Origin: Yuukianura sp. NJ FZ-2021
Taxonomy: Eukaryota
Direction of reading: 5' to 3'
Assembly (NCBI GenBank): GCA_046563655.1
Contig: CM102287.1
Span: 9,858,001-9,922,000, forward strand
DNA: 64,000 nt
Shown here piece after piece: positions 36,293 to 47,425 of this stretch; position 1 is the stretch's first letter, and every line of letters begins with the position of its first letter. The position numbers and the translations under genes are program-made. The notes under the pieces are model-generated. The model was not told the origin of the DNA and did no database searches. It saw nothing but the letters and a program-made list of their open reading frames with translations.

Positions 36293-36914
36293 TTAGTATC
36301 GTTAAAAGTGAGATTTAGTTGAATCATGTGTATGTTGTGCTGTTTTTGGTAATCATTTTAGTATGGATTTTGTGTAGCGGGAGAAAGCAGGAAATTGGGG
36401 ATTTGCGAGCGTCGGAGATTTTTGTTGTTTCAGAGGTTTTGCATAAAGAAATAATAAGGGAGAAAGCATCAGGAGGCTCATAAGGGCTCCTGTTAGATTC
36501 CACAACCTAAAACCTAACTTCAATGTTAGGCTAACGTTAGGTTTTAGGTTGCTAACCTAACGGCAGCATCATGTAAGGCTCTAAACCTAGAAGAGTCAAC
36601 AGGCAAGAACACATAAATCGATGATTTTTTCCAAAATAGGAGATTTTTTTTCTTCAAAAATTGGAAACCTGAGAACGTGGTGATAAATTATGATGATGCT
36701 CCATAGTTGGTCCATAGAAGAAAGCTTTCTTTCTTCACTTTTTCATTTTTCTTTACTTTTTTGGGTTTTTGTTGCACAAAATGAAAATGTGGAATGACGG
36801 AGTCCCGTTCCCTGCTGTGCTGCTTGTTCCTTGTGGAATCATAATGGAGACAAAGGAGGTGAAAGAGGTAGAAAAAATATCACCTGAAGAAAATGAGCTC
36901 CAACTTTCTTCCTC

Positions 36915-37026
36915 TTTTCAAAATCTCGCCCTCTGACTTTCATTTTTTCAAAATCTCATACTCTGACTTTCATTTTTTCAAAATCTCGGGCTCTGACTTT
37001 CATTTTTTCAAAATCCCGGGCTCTGA
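36915..37026. repeat. 30-bp tandem repeat, ~3.7 copies
   Basis: TTTTCAAAATCTCnnnCTCTGACTTTCATT repeats with period 30; copies differ almost only in the bases just after AAATC. Confidence 0.9.
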
Positions 37027-38566
37027 TTGGTTGTCAGCTGCTTACTTTCTTTGTCTTGAGAAGAAGTGAAAGTGTTCCATAATGAGACAAAGTAACTTCA
37101 TAGTCAAAAGTCACGTTTTTGATATAAAAAGTTAAGACAAGGAGCGGAAGAGGTCAAGGGTCATGACCAATAGCTGATTTTTTGAAAAAAAAAGTGACAT
37201 TCTTCGAAATTTTGAGACAGAAAACTTTTTTTTTTCTGAAGAGAGATAATTGAAAAAGAAAGGGCGGGAGCGGAGCGAAAGTTGAGTAAACTTTCTCCAG
37301 TGGCCGATTCTCGGTCCTTAAAAAAGGAAATGGAACAAATCCGCCCTTCCGTCGTAATGCTCCAACTTTGTCCATTGTTAGGCTAACTTACTTCTTCAAC
37401 CTAATCTTAACCTAACATAAACCTAACCATTTTCTCTATAGCATGGCACTCTAACTTTTGAAAACGGAAGACTTGGCGCATCTTCCAGAACCAAAATGGA
37501 GTTTAAAAAGAAGAAGCTCAAGGAAAACCTGTTGGATTCTCTCTTTTTTCCAAAATTCGCTCTCAACTTTTTAGTTTTTGGACTTCCATGCTTCTTTTTT
37601 TCCTGCAATGTTAACTTATGCAATTTTCAATTTGCAGATTGAGGTCAATGTCAGTTTGCAAAAAAAGAGTTTAACCTTTGCCAAAATTTTGCGAATTTCC
37701 AATTTTCCCATTGTCGAAGATTGACAACTTCCGGTATTTTGCGGTCAATCCAAGGTTTGACATTTATCCTCCATGATTTGCTTTTTCCGATGCTTTTGTT
37801 CTTTGGAAATTGATAGTTGTCAAACCATGCCAAAAAAATCGAAAGGAATTTGCCAATTTTTGCAAATTGCAAAAACAATTCCAAGAACTTTTTAACACTT
37901 TGACCTTCTTCGCCTACAGAAACCGTCAAATTCATTGACAAGGTTTTTAATTTTCGAAATTCCCACTTTAGTTTACAGTCTTTTGTTGGTTGGTTTTTTT
38001 GAAGGTTTGGATTTTTCCAAGTTTTTGTCCTCGGAGGGAGTAACTACTCCTCTAATTGCAAATTCACACAAAAACCAACCCTCTTTTTTATTACTTCCGC
38101 AGTAAGTGCTAAAATCAACAGAAAGGAATTGCGGGGATGAGATTTTGAAACAAGTTGTACAAATTTTTTGGAAAAATGTAACACATTTTATTAATTAAAA
38201 CTAAAATTAGTTATAATTACATTAATTTACTGTATTTTAATGAAATTTGCAGGAAGGAATTTTATGTTTCTATTCTGGTTTAGTTTGGATTGCGATGCAT
38301 GTCAATTTATGCCATGAGCAAAATGAGATTGCGTTTGGCCCACATTGCTCAACGCTTTGAAAGGGAAACTCTTTGTGCAAAAAGTGTTTTCATCTGAAGA
38401 GATCAAAGTTAGTTTGAAGCAGACAGCAACAATCATCTCAACAATGGAACTTGTAGTAAGGTCAGTGGGTGGGGATGTTAACAATAGAATAGAGCAGACC
38501 CCCCCCATACACCTAGAGGGGGGGGGGTTACTCAGAGGGGGGGGGGTCTACTTAGCAAAGGACTTA

Positions 38567-38575
38567 TTATAAAAG
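38567..38575 (+). promoter_or_regulatory. Candidate TATA box of the Kunitz gene
   Basis: TATAAAAG about 215 nt upstream of the ATG, just after a poly-C/poly-G element. Confidence 0.5.
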
Positions 38576-38785
38576 GTCCTTCCCAAAAATTGCACAACAT
38601 CACACCAACCCACGTTTTCGCAAAATTCAATTTCCTCACTTGCAGTTTCATCTCGCATCGCACAGTGTTCGAACAACTTACGTCTGCACGTCTCTACATC
38701 ACTTTTTAAGGCAGTTTTTTGAAAAAACTTTTGCAAGAACGTTTTGAAAACGTTGACCTTTGACCTGGAACTTTTTTTTTCAAAA

Positions 38786-41522
38786 ATGACCGCCAGAGTG
38801 TTGTTCGCGGTGGTCACAGTGCTGATTCTGGTCAGTGTTGAGGCATACCCAACAGTTCCAGAGATCGCAATTCTCAAACCCGCCGATCCATCGGCCGATC
38901 CGACCCTGGCCGTTCCGGTTCTGAAACCAGCCGATCCGGATCTCTCAGAAATGTCAAAGGTCATGGAGGATACTGAGAGGTCAGAGGTCACAGACGATCT
39001 GGATGCCATTGTTGGTAAGATTCACTAAAATGATTAATGGCATTTCAAATGATTAATTAAAGTTCATTCCAAATGTTAGCCTAACCTCTCCTAAACCTAA
39101 TGTGTGCTGAGTGTTAACCTAACATTTTAGCCTAACGTTAACCTAACCATAATGGTTGTTCTTATCATACACTCTCATACTCTTGTTCCTGTCTCGGAAT
39201 TGATGTTTCGGATCCATTACAGCCTCTGTTCCTCACAAAGTGTAAATTACAAACACTTTGGGGAGAGCGCAATAATGCTTTCTGCTGCTCCGCTGGAACT
39301 TTATTGGAAAATTATACTTTTCCTCCGCTTTTCAAAGTCCATAAAACACAAGAAAGATTGATGAGGTCAGAGGTCATCAAAACTTGGCTTTACTTTTACT
39401 AAGGAAAAGAAAACAGAGAGGGAGAGAATCTCTAACAAAAGAAAAAAAGAGACTTTCATCCACTTTCACTTTAATCTCAAGCAGCCACTGCTGGCGGATC
39501 GGCCCCACCATGGTGGGGCACAAGGTGGCTCCACTTTCATTTTGTTTAGGTGGGGCAGCAGGTGGAAGTTGTGGTGGAGCTTGCATATTTTTAATTTGAA
39601 AGCAGATGATCTAAGGAGACAGGGGGATTTATGGCAGCTTTTCTAAATCATCTTGCTTTTACTTTCTCCTGAACACACACACAGGAGAAAGTGGAAGTCT
39701 AATTAAAGCAGACGTGGAAAGGGCGCCAAAGTTTAAAATTTAAAAATTTTTGAAATTTTGAAAAAACGAAACCTACCACAACTACTTTAAGTATAGGAGT
39801 GACTGAAAATAGTTCAAAACTGTTAAAAATGGCACTCATCAAAGGAATCGATTTTTTTTGTAATTTTTTGAACTCCCATTTCGATTTTTTTGAATGTTAA
39901 AAGTTTAATTTTGGTAAAACTGTCAAGAATTTTCGCTTTCTTTCAATCGATTAACCTAAAAGGTTTTTGGGAACTCGAAGAAATTTTTTTACGAAAAAAA
40001 ATCACTCTAAAAATCTTCCAGTTCAATTTTCTTACTCGATGCTCCTACTCTTCCACTCCATTTCAAAATTCTTTTTACCTCATTTTCAATTTTAAAAAAA
40101 AAGTGAACAGTTTTTGAAAATATGAAAATAAAAATCGTTTTTTCAAAAACCTCTCCCATGTTACTGGTCAAAATGATCCAAATTAGGTGAAGCGTGTTTT
40201 TCAGTTCCATTTTTCCCGTTTTTCTTTTAAAAAGCACAAAAAAATGAAAATGATCATCTCAATTTCTCCGTTATTTTTTTTTCTCCCGTGAAGCCAAAAC
40301 CACAAAAATGGAGCAGCGTGCAACGTCTCTTGTTGGAAATTGAATTTGAGTTTACCAAAGTGCTTTCACTCGAAACCGTAAAAATAAAAACAGCGATTCC
40401 AGGACGGGCTGGAAACATGATCGCTTTTTCCTTCCTTCCAGCTTTTCCAGCGTTTCGGTATTTTGAAAAAAAAAAGTTCCAGGAAAAAAATGGAAAGTCC
40501 AGTGAAAACGGAGGGGAAAGCTGAACTAAAAATTGAGTTGAGGCAGAGCCAGAGTCCATTTGCTCTCTGGCGGCTTAATCCTTGATTGATTTCTCTTTTC
40601 TCCACTCTTTTTCTTGTTTTGTGCAGTTGGAGAGGGAGAGACGACGACATTCCAGCCATTCGATCCAAGCGATTGCTCTCTGCCGAAAGAAAGAGGTCCA
40701 TGTCGAGCCCTTCTTGACGCCTACTTTTTCAATTCAGCCACCAAAACTTGTGAAGTCTTCTCATGGTCAGGATGTGGAGGCAATGCAAATCGCTTCTCGA
40801 CGCTCCAGCGATGTGAAGCCGCCTGCAACGAACTAATGGACCAGAAGCTTAGCAATCAACAATCGCTGCCCACTGCTTCAATCGCTTCAGAATCACTGCC
40901 AACTGCTTCGATCGCTTCAGAAAATTCAACAATTTCTGAAGATTCGGCTCTTGCTCCGGAAAATGCAACGATTTCTGGTGATTCGACTCTTGCTCCGGAA
41001 AATTCTACGATTTCTGGTGATTCGGCCGCCGTGAAACCGAAACCGAAGTTACCGGTTTGTCCGAAATTCGGTGGATGTGGACCGAAGTGTGTGATAATCC
41101 AGGACAGATCGGACCGTGGATGCAAGCGGTGTCTCTGTGGAGATCCAGTTGATGCTGCCAAGCACATTCCAGGTTCAGTCGTTGTGTCTTCTGGAAACAT
41201 CACGGTGTCCAAGAGCACTGGATCTGTATCGGGGCTGCCGAAAGATGCCGAGGAAGAACCGATTTCAGGTACAAATCTGAAAAAAGAACAAAACTTTTTT
41301 GAAAAAAGTGTTTTTTGAAATGACATTTTGAAAATTTTAGGAAATCCGTCTGAAAATTGTAAGTTACCGACGAAAAGAGGAAACTGTCGTGGCATGATGA
41401 CGAGATACCACTATGATCCAGCTATTAAAGACTGCACTGTTTTCCACTATGGCGGCTGTGATGGAAACTTGAACAACTTTGTGTCGAAGGAGAAGTGTCT
41501 CGAATATTGCAAAGGACAGTGA
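38786..41522 (+). CDS. Secreted two-Kunitz-domain serine protease inhibitor, 350 aa; exons 38786-39014, 40627-41268, 41341-41522
   Basis: Signal peptide MTARVLFAVVTVLILVSVEA; Kunitz 1 CSLPKERGPCRAL...CEVFSWSGCGGNANRF...CEAAC; Kunitz 2 CKLPTKRGNCRGM...CTVFHYGGCDGNLNNF...CLEYC. Both introns are phase 1 and in frame. Confidence 0.9.
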
Positions 41523-41888
41523 ACAAAATAGTCGCTGACCTTGGCCTAACTGGTCACCCAGTCAACTTGACCTCAATTACTAATTAAATTAACTAGTTTC
41601 AGTTTCATAATGAATGGAGACAACTTGTTTTAACATAACTTGCAATTTCTTGTGACAAAATAAGAGCATAAATTATTTCTGTCCTAAAAGCTTCGCTGAA
41701 TAGAGAAACCTTTAATTGACTTTTGACTAAATAAAGAAAATGATTCAACGTTACAGAGACGTTAAATTATCATACCATTGTAGATAAACTTTACCGTCAA
41801 CTTCTGAAGTATTAATTGAAGCAATTTAAGCAATTGAAGTGCTGGAGCAAATGGAGGATGATTAATTGATTAATTGATTAGTGACAAA

Positions 41889-42634
41889 TCACATTCCAGG
41901 TCCAGAGAGGGATTTGTCCATGAACTTCTTCTTGCTGAAACACAACCACCACTTTGACGGTTTCCCATCTTCAGTACTAAATACTTTTTCGCAAACTCGA
42001 ATTCCACATTCTTGACGGAGTTGTTTCAAGTAGTCTCTCAGGAATTCTGGAAGCATTGAAATTCAATTAGGTATAACTTGAAACTGATTGAGTTTTAGAA
42101 AATAGATTACCAATTATAACTTACCACCATCTTGAGCACTTGCTGGTTTTCCATAGACTGAATTGAGGATAAATCCTGGATCACCTGGAATGTCAAACTT
42201 GCTAATAGCAAGTGAATGCATCTCCTGAAGTCCTTGGTTCTTGTTGGTACATTTGGCCAGTTTCTTGAGACACTCACTGATATAAAGTGTGATGTAAATC
42301 ATGAGTCTGTCTCCTTCGCTCTGAAGAGTTCAAAACATCATGATTGATAGTTGTACATCAATTGACATCAGATTGATAATCTAGCTCCTCCGTTACCTTG
42401 ATCTCGTATGTTCGGAAGAAGACGTTTGCTTTGAAGTAGTACAGTGCTTCATCGATGATATCGTAATCAGAATTGTCTGGAATCGCTGGACCACGGGTTT
42501 TGGTTCTTATGGGTAAAATGGCCATGTTCCCAACCACCTTCCCGGAACTCGTAAATTGTGTATGGTAAGCCTAAAGGGCCTGATTTTTAGTAATTCAAAC
42601 CAAAAATTTAGCGTTTCAGGAATTGACTTACCAT
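41889..42634 (-). CDS. ARPC3: Actin-related protein 2/3 complex subunit 3 (p21-Arc), 176 aa; exons 42634-42632, 42570-42397, 42320-42125, 42046-41889
   Basis: Spliced product M|AYHTQF...[17 protein letters not shown]...[43 protein letters not shown]...[12 protein letters not shown]...[21 protein letters not shown]...[24 protein letters not shown] is full-length ARPC3. Confidence 0.96.
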
Positions 42635-43622
42635 TTTAAGATGTAACCATCCAACTCAAGGAATCAAACCGAACTTGAAAGAGTACGAACAAATGGACTA
42701 ACCAAATTAATTACAGAGTTAATTTGTCGTTCCCAAATAATTTATGTAACTTTGCGATTTCGGATTTACTTTTAGCAAAAAATTATGAATGACACATCTT
42801 TCCGGTTTAGGGTGTGTAAACAAACCAAAGCCCACAACTCACCACGCACCTCACCCTTCCACACCGCTCCTGCTTTTTCACATTTTAACCCATCCAAACT
42901 GCTACTGAATTAAGCTTAACTAACATTAACCTGTAACATTTTATTTATAATATAATTTTGAAAGTAATTACTACTAATCTATTCAATTAATTACATAATT
43001 AGTTGTTTTAAAGTACTTTGCTGCTTGTCAGTGGAGGGTGGTGGTCAGGGGTGGCTTTTCTCCACTCTCCTTATTTTAAATTTACCCCCACAACAAAACT
43101 CTTTACGTCAGCCAGGAATGGGCATGTGGAGCAAAGTTATTTTTATTTTTTAACAGAATTAACTTAACAAGTTCAGTTATAAATGTAATTAAAACTCAGA
43201 ACTAAAATTAGGATGATGATAAATCATGCTTCCTACCCTCATTCGAACTACTATTTTGTGTATTTTCCAATAACCAGGTTTAAGAGCTAAATCAACTATG
43301 ATGTCAGAGTAGCTTTTTGTACAGCCAGCGTCTCTTATCACACAAGAATTTCTGGAATTTCATTCAAACGAAAGATGCGCAATAGATAACAAGGAAGCAA
43401 GCCGAGGGAAGAGCGAAGACGAGGCCGGGAACATAGAACAGTGGACGAGGGGCAAGATTGACCTGAAGCTTACCAATCGGCAGTATTACTGGATTAACAA
43501 GTTAATTGATCGGATCGTCATCGTTTCGTTGGAAGAAGGTCAGAGGACACAGAAATTAGAAGACGATAACTACTCAAGTTGAATTGATTGTTTTTACAGA
43601 ATCCAAGAGGCCATTTTGGAGA

Positions 43623-44654
43623 ATGCAGCGATTCCAGAACCTATCAGGGACGTCAGCGCTGGACGAAGCTAGAAGACCAGCGGCAGCCCCCATGGACCCC
43701 AATCGTCCTCGAGCTGCACCGATGCTGATGCCCCGTCGTCCTGGAGCATCATTGGCCAATCCATCTCCACAATCGTTTGATGGAGTTCTGAAGGCAATGA
43801 ATCAGCACAACGGAGGTCGTATCCAGAAACCATCTGCAGGAGCAATGATGATCATGAATCAGTACCGGAACAATGGAGCCCTTCTCAGTGCAAGTTTCCA
43901 GAATGGTGGAATTGGTAAGCATAGAATTCAAGAATTTGTTCAAGCACAATTTGATTGTCTCTGACTCTATCTAAAGGTGGAGAGACTGATTCTTCATCTG
44001 TGGATAACATTGGGCCAATTCGAATTCGTTCACGGGTGCTCAACAAGGACAACTCCCAACAGGCTCCGATCATTGTCATCAATTCAGTTTACAACACTAC
44101 TACTCCTAACGGACAAAGCGGAGGCATTCGAGTTCGCAGCAACCGGAACCTCATCCAGTCAAGAACTACCGCTGGATCATTGATGTTGGGTGCTGGACAT
44201 GGACATGGTGCCGCTTTTAGCGGATTTCGCCAAGCCAGTAACCGTAAGTGGTATGAGAGAAGCAATGGATCCAATAACGGAGGAAACAACAGGCCTCAGA
44301 GAAAAGTTCACGTTGGCTTGCCCATCACTGGATCCTGGAAGGACGTTAACATCACCAAAGACGATTTGGATGACGATCTCGATGCTGTAAGCAAACGAAT
44401 TTAAAACGATTTCATCTTCTCTCACTTTTTTGTTTACACTTTCATTTTCTGCAACATTTGCTTGAAAATTGTGCAAAAACTCATGTTTTCTGTTGACTTT
44501 GCAGTACATGGCAAAGGCTTCCGGTGGCCTTGCGAAGGTGAAGCTTGGTAACTGCGAAAAAGTGAGCAGCAATGACAGCACTGAGGAATCTCCACGTTCT
44601 GTCACCCCGGTCCTCAATCCGTTCGATATGGATGACATGGACGACTACGATTAA
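43623..44654 (+). CDS. CHTOP/ALYREF-like protein with a C-terminal UAP56-binding (FoP-duplication-type) motif, ~283 aa; exons 43623-43914, 43977-44386, 44505-44654
   Basis: Splicing reconstitutes ITKDDLDDDLDA|YMAKA, matching the T.EELDAELDAYM motif of ALY/REF and CHTOP. The rest is low-complexity R/G/N-rich, with no RRM visible. Confidence 0.7.
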
Positions 44655-44974
44655 ACCGTACTTCAACCGACCACAAGAGAAACGTTTTCATTTCGATTTT
44701 TAATAAATTAGACACGTAAGATCCAAAAATACAAACTGAAATTGAAAATAAGTAATTAACTACAGAATTTAAGAGAAGATGTGCCTAAAATGTGCTAATT
44801 TTTGTACAATTTCAGGAAAAGAAAGAAGAATTTGACAAGAGGATGTGCATCACAGTTGAGAAGAAATGAAGATTAGATGTGAATAAGTTAATTACAAAAA
44901 TAGAGTAGAGCTTAACTTTATTGTTTTTGGGACGGTTAATTAATTTCTGGGTAGAGTGAATGTTAGATGTTGTT

Positions 44975-45652
44975 TTAGAAGTGACCGTGTCCCCCATAGC
45001 CATGTCCATGTCCATGACCGTATCCTGTCCAAATTAATGAATTAGTTAACACTTTTTAGATTTTAAGGTTAGTGGTTTGGCTAAGTAGCTGTGAAGATTG
45101 AGTTTTTGAGTTACCGTGATGTACTACTGGGAGAGCAGCGACTACTGGCTGTACATATTTGACGACTGGTACCTACACCATTAGTAAAAATTAATTGTTT
45201 CCGTTGTCAACTAATTTTTCAGTCAATGGCTTTCAGGTTTTCAAAATTTTGGAATTCATTTTATCAAAATTTCAAATTCAAATTTTGTTCAAAATTTCAA
45301 TTTCAAATTTCTTACAGCTTTGACTACTGGGACGACTGGGTGGTACGTTCTGTACTCATGTTGGTAGCTCGTTGCAACTGGAACCTAAAACAATTAATCA
45401 CATGTAATTACTTAATTACTTGCAAGTAATTACTGGTAATTACTTAATTACAGGTAATTACCAAGTCTCAAATTTTTAACTGCAGTTAAAACTTAATCAT
45501 TAATTAACTTTTGTAATTACTTTGACAGGGACGACAGGTACGACAGCATGAGCGTAGTGTCCGTGTCCATGTCCATGTCCATAGCTGTCTCCAAGGTAAC
45601 CAGCGACGCTGGAAGCAATCAGGACTGAAAGTACTGCAAAAACTGCCTTCAT
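44975..45652 (-). CDS. Small secreted His/Gly/Val/Pro-rich cuticle-protein-like peptide, 102 aa; exons 45652-45521, 45384-45316, 45172-45115, 45024-44975 (missed by the ORF track)
   Basis: MKAVFAVLSVLIASSVAG-YLGDSYGHGHGHGHYAHAVVPVVPVK|VPVATSYQHEYRTYHPVVPVVKA|VPVVKYVQPVVAALPVVHHG|YGHGHGHGYGGHGHF*. All introns are GT-AG and in phase, and there is a signal peptide. Confidence 0.88.
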
Positions 45653-45712
45653 TTTTACTTTTCAATTTCGCACTTTCGAAAAATTGCAATTTTCTGTGAG
45701 GAACTGATTTTT

Positions 45713-45750
45713 GCACTGAATTTTGCACAAACTGATCCTCCACTTTTATA
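45713..45750 (-). promoter_or_regulatory. TATA box plus initiator of the His-rich peptide gene
   Basis: On the minus strand TATAAAAG (45750-45743) lies ~30 nt upstream of an arthropod Inr-like TCAGTG (45719-45714). Confidence 0.65.
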
Positions 45751-47425
45751 CCAACGCTTGTTTGAAATGTAGGAACAATTTGCAAAAAATTGGCAAAGAA
45801 ATTTGTAAAGGGGGTTCTTGTGAGTTAGTGGAGGGAGACTTAGCACCTTCCCCAATAACTCAAGGGAATGCACAATTGATTTCAATTTGCGAATTTTTTG
45901 CAAAAATTTCAGAATTTCAAAATTCTCATAATTTTTTTGTCCTGATGACAATTGCAATTACAAATCGTTTTTTTCTGAATTCGAAACTCGGACATGAAAT
46001 CGGAGCATTGAAATTGGAAAGTGAAAAACACGCCTTTTCCTTTGAATTTGAGTTGAAGAAGGTGAGAATTAGATCAAATGTGATTAACTAATGAACCAAT
46101 TTTTTAATTAATGTCACTCTCACATTGTTTTTCACACTTTTGTCTTCTTTTTACAAAAAAATTCCCTCCGTATGAGAATGGGTGGCTAAAATTGTGCAAT
46201 TTTTGGTTTGGCCATGCCCAAGGCATTTTTTTTATAATGTCACACATTACCTTCTGTGAAGCTTAAATCTGTTCGTCATTGGTCTAACTTAAATTGAAAG
46301 TCCAAATTTATCAAAATCGTGCATAATTAAATGCATTTGTGGGTTAGTTATACGCTTGGCCTTCAGATTTTGCAAAGAAAATTTGCGAAATTTTGCAATG
46401 TGGTTTAAATCTTTGTCCAAATCGTCTTCTTGTCCCCTACATCATCAATTTTGGCCAAATTAAATCTCAATCTTGTCTTAAGCCATAACATTCAGTAGTT
46501 GGATTGAAGTTTGCAAAATTCGCAAATTCAGTTTGCAAAAAATTCATTGCACATTGCGAATTTGAAAACAGTAATACGTTGCTTTACTTTTAAAAGAGGT
46601 GATAATTAAGAAAAAACAAAGAGGAAATTCACATCAACAAAATTTTGTACGATTGCGTTTCTGTTTTTCCTTGAGAGAAACGGAAATTGCATCAAATGTG
46701 CGAAAACACAAGTCCGAGGGAGGTGACGCTTAAGTTGCATTGTTTTTTGCAAGTAAATGTTAAAATTTTTGTTAAAAAAAATTAAAAGAAAAATTCAAGA
46801 TTCATGGAGTGGAGGATTGGGGTCAAGGACTTCAATTCACAAAAAATTCATTCTGCCAATAATGCACGAAAAAAGTGCCAAATTCTTTGTGTAAAAAAAA
46901 CAACAATGGAAAATTAGTGAGATTTGATCGTGATTAGAGATGAAGTTGTTAAGTGTTTCCTTGAAGTAGTGGATTCAAGTGATTGAGGATTAATTACTCA
47001 ATTTAATGTATTATAATTAAAAACAAACATTTTATATAATTTTGATTAAAACTCTTCCAAACTAGTTTTTGGAGAATTTTGACACTTGAATATCGTAAAA
47101 GTAAGGAGAAATTAAAATTTTGATTTCGAAATGTCGTGAGAAGTGGAACGAATTCCTCTGCGTTATAATTAAGTGTCAATTGAGTAAAAACATGGGAAAC
47201 ATGATACATCTAATCCTACTAATTAATTAATCTAATTTAATTAGTTTAACATTTTAATTAATCCTGTTTAGAATAAGTTGTCATACCAACTTAAACATTT
47301 TTTTTAAAACTTTTCATAAAACTACAAATGTTTTACCATTTTTTCCAGTTTTGTATGAACTTCATTTTTGATTCAGATTCAATCGTCAATTTGGGTTTTT
47401 CTTGATCTTTGATCTTTTACCTCAA

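Noticed and set aside
40856..41395. 179-aa antisense ORF, and similar ones at 38548-39009 and 44177-44638
   Set aside because: Lie opposite well-supported coding exons.
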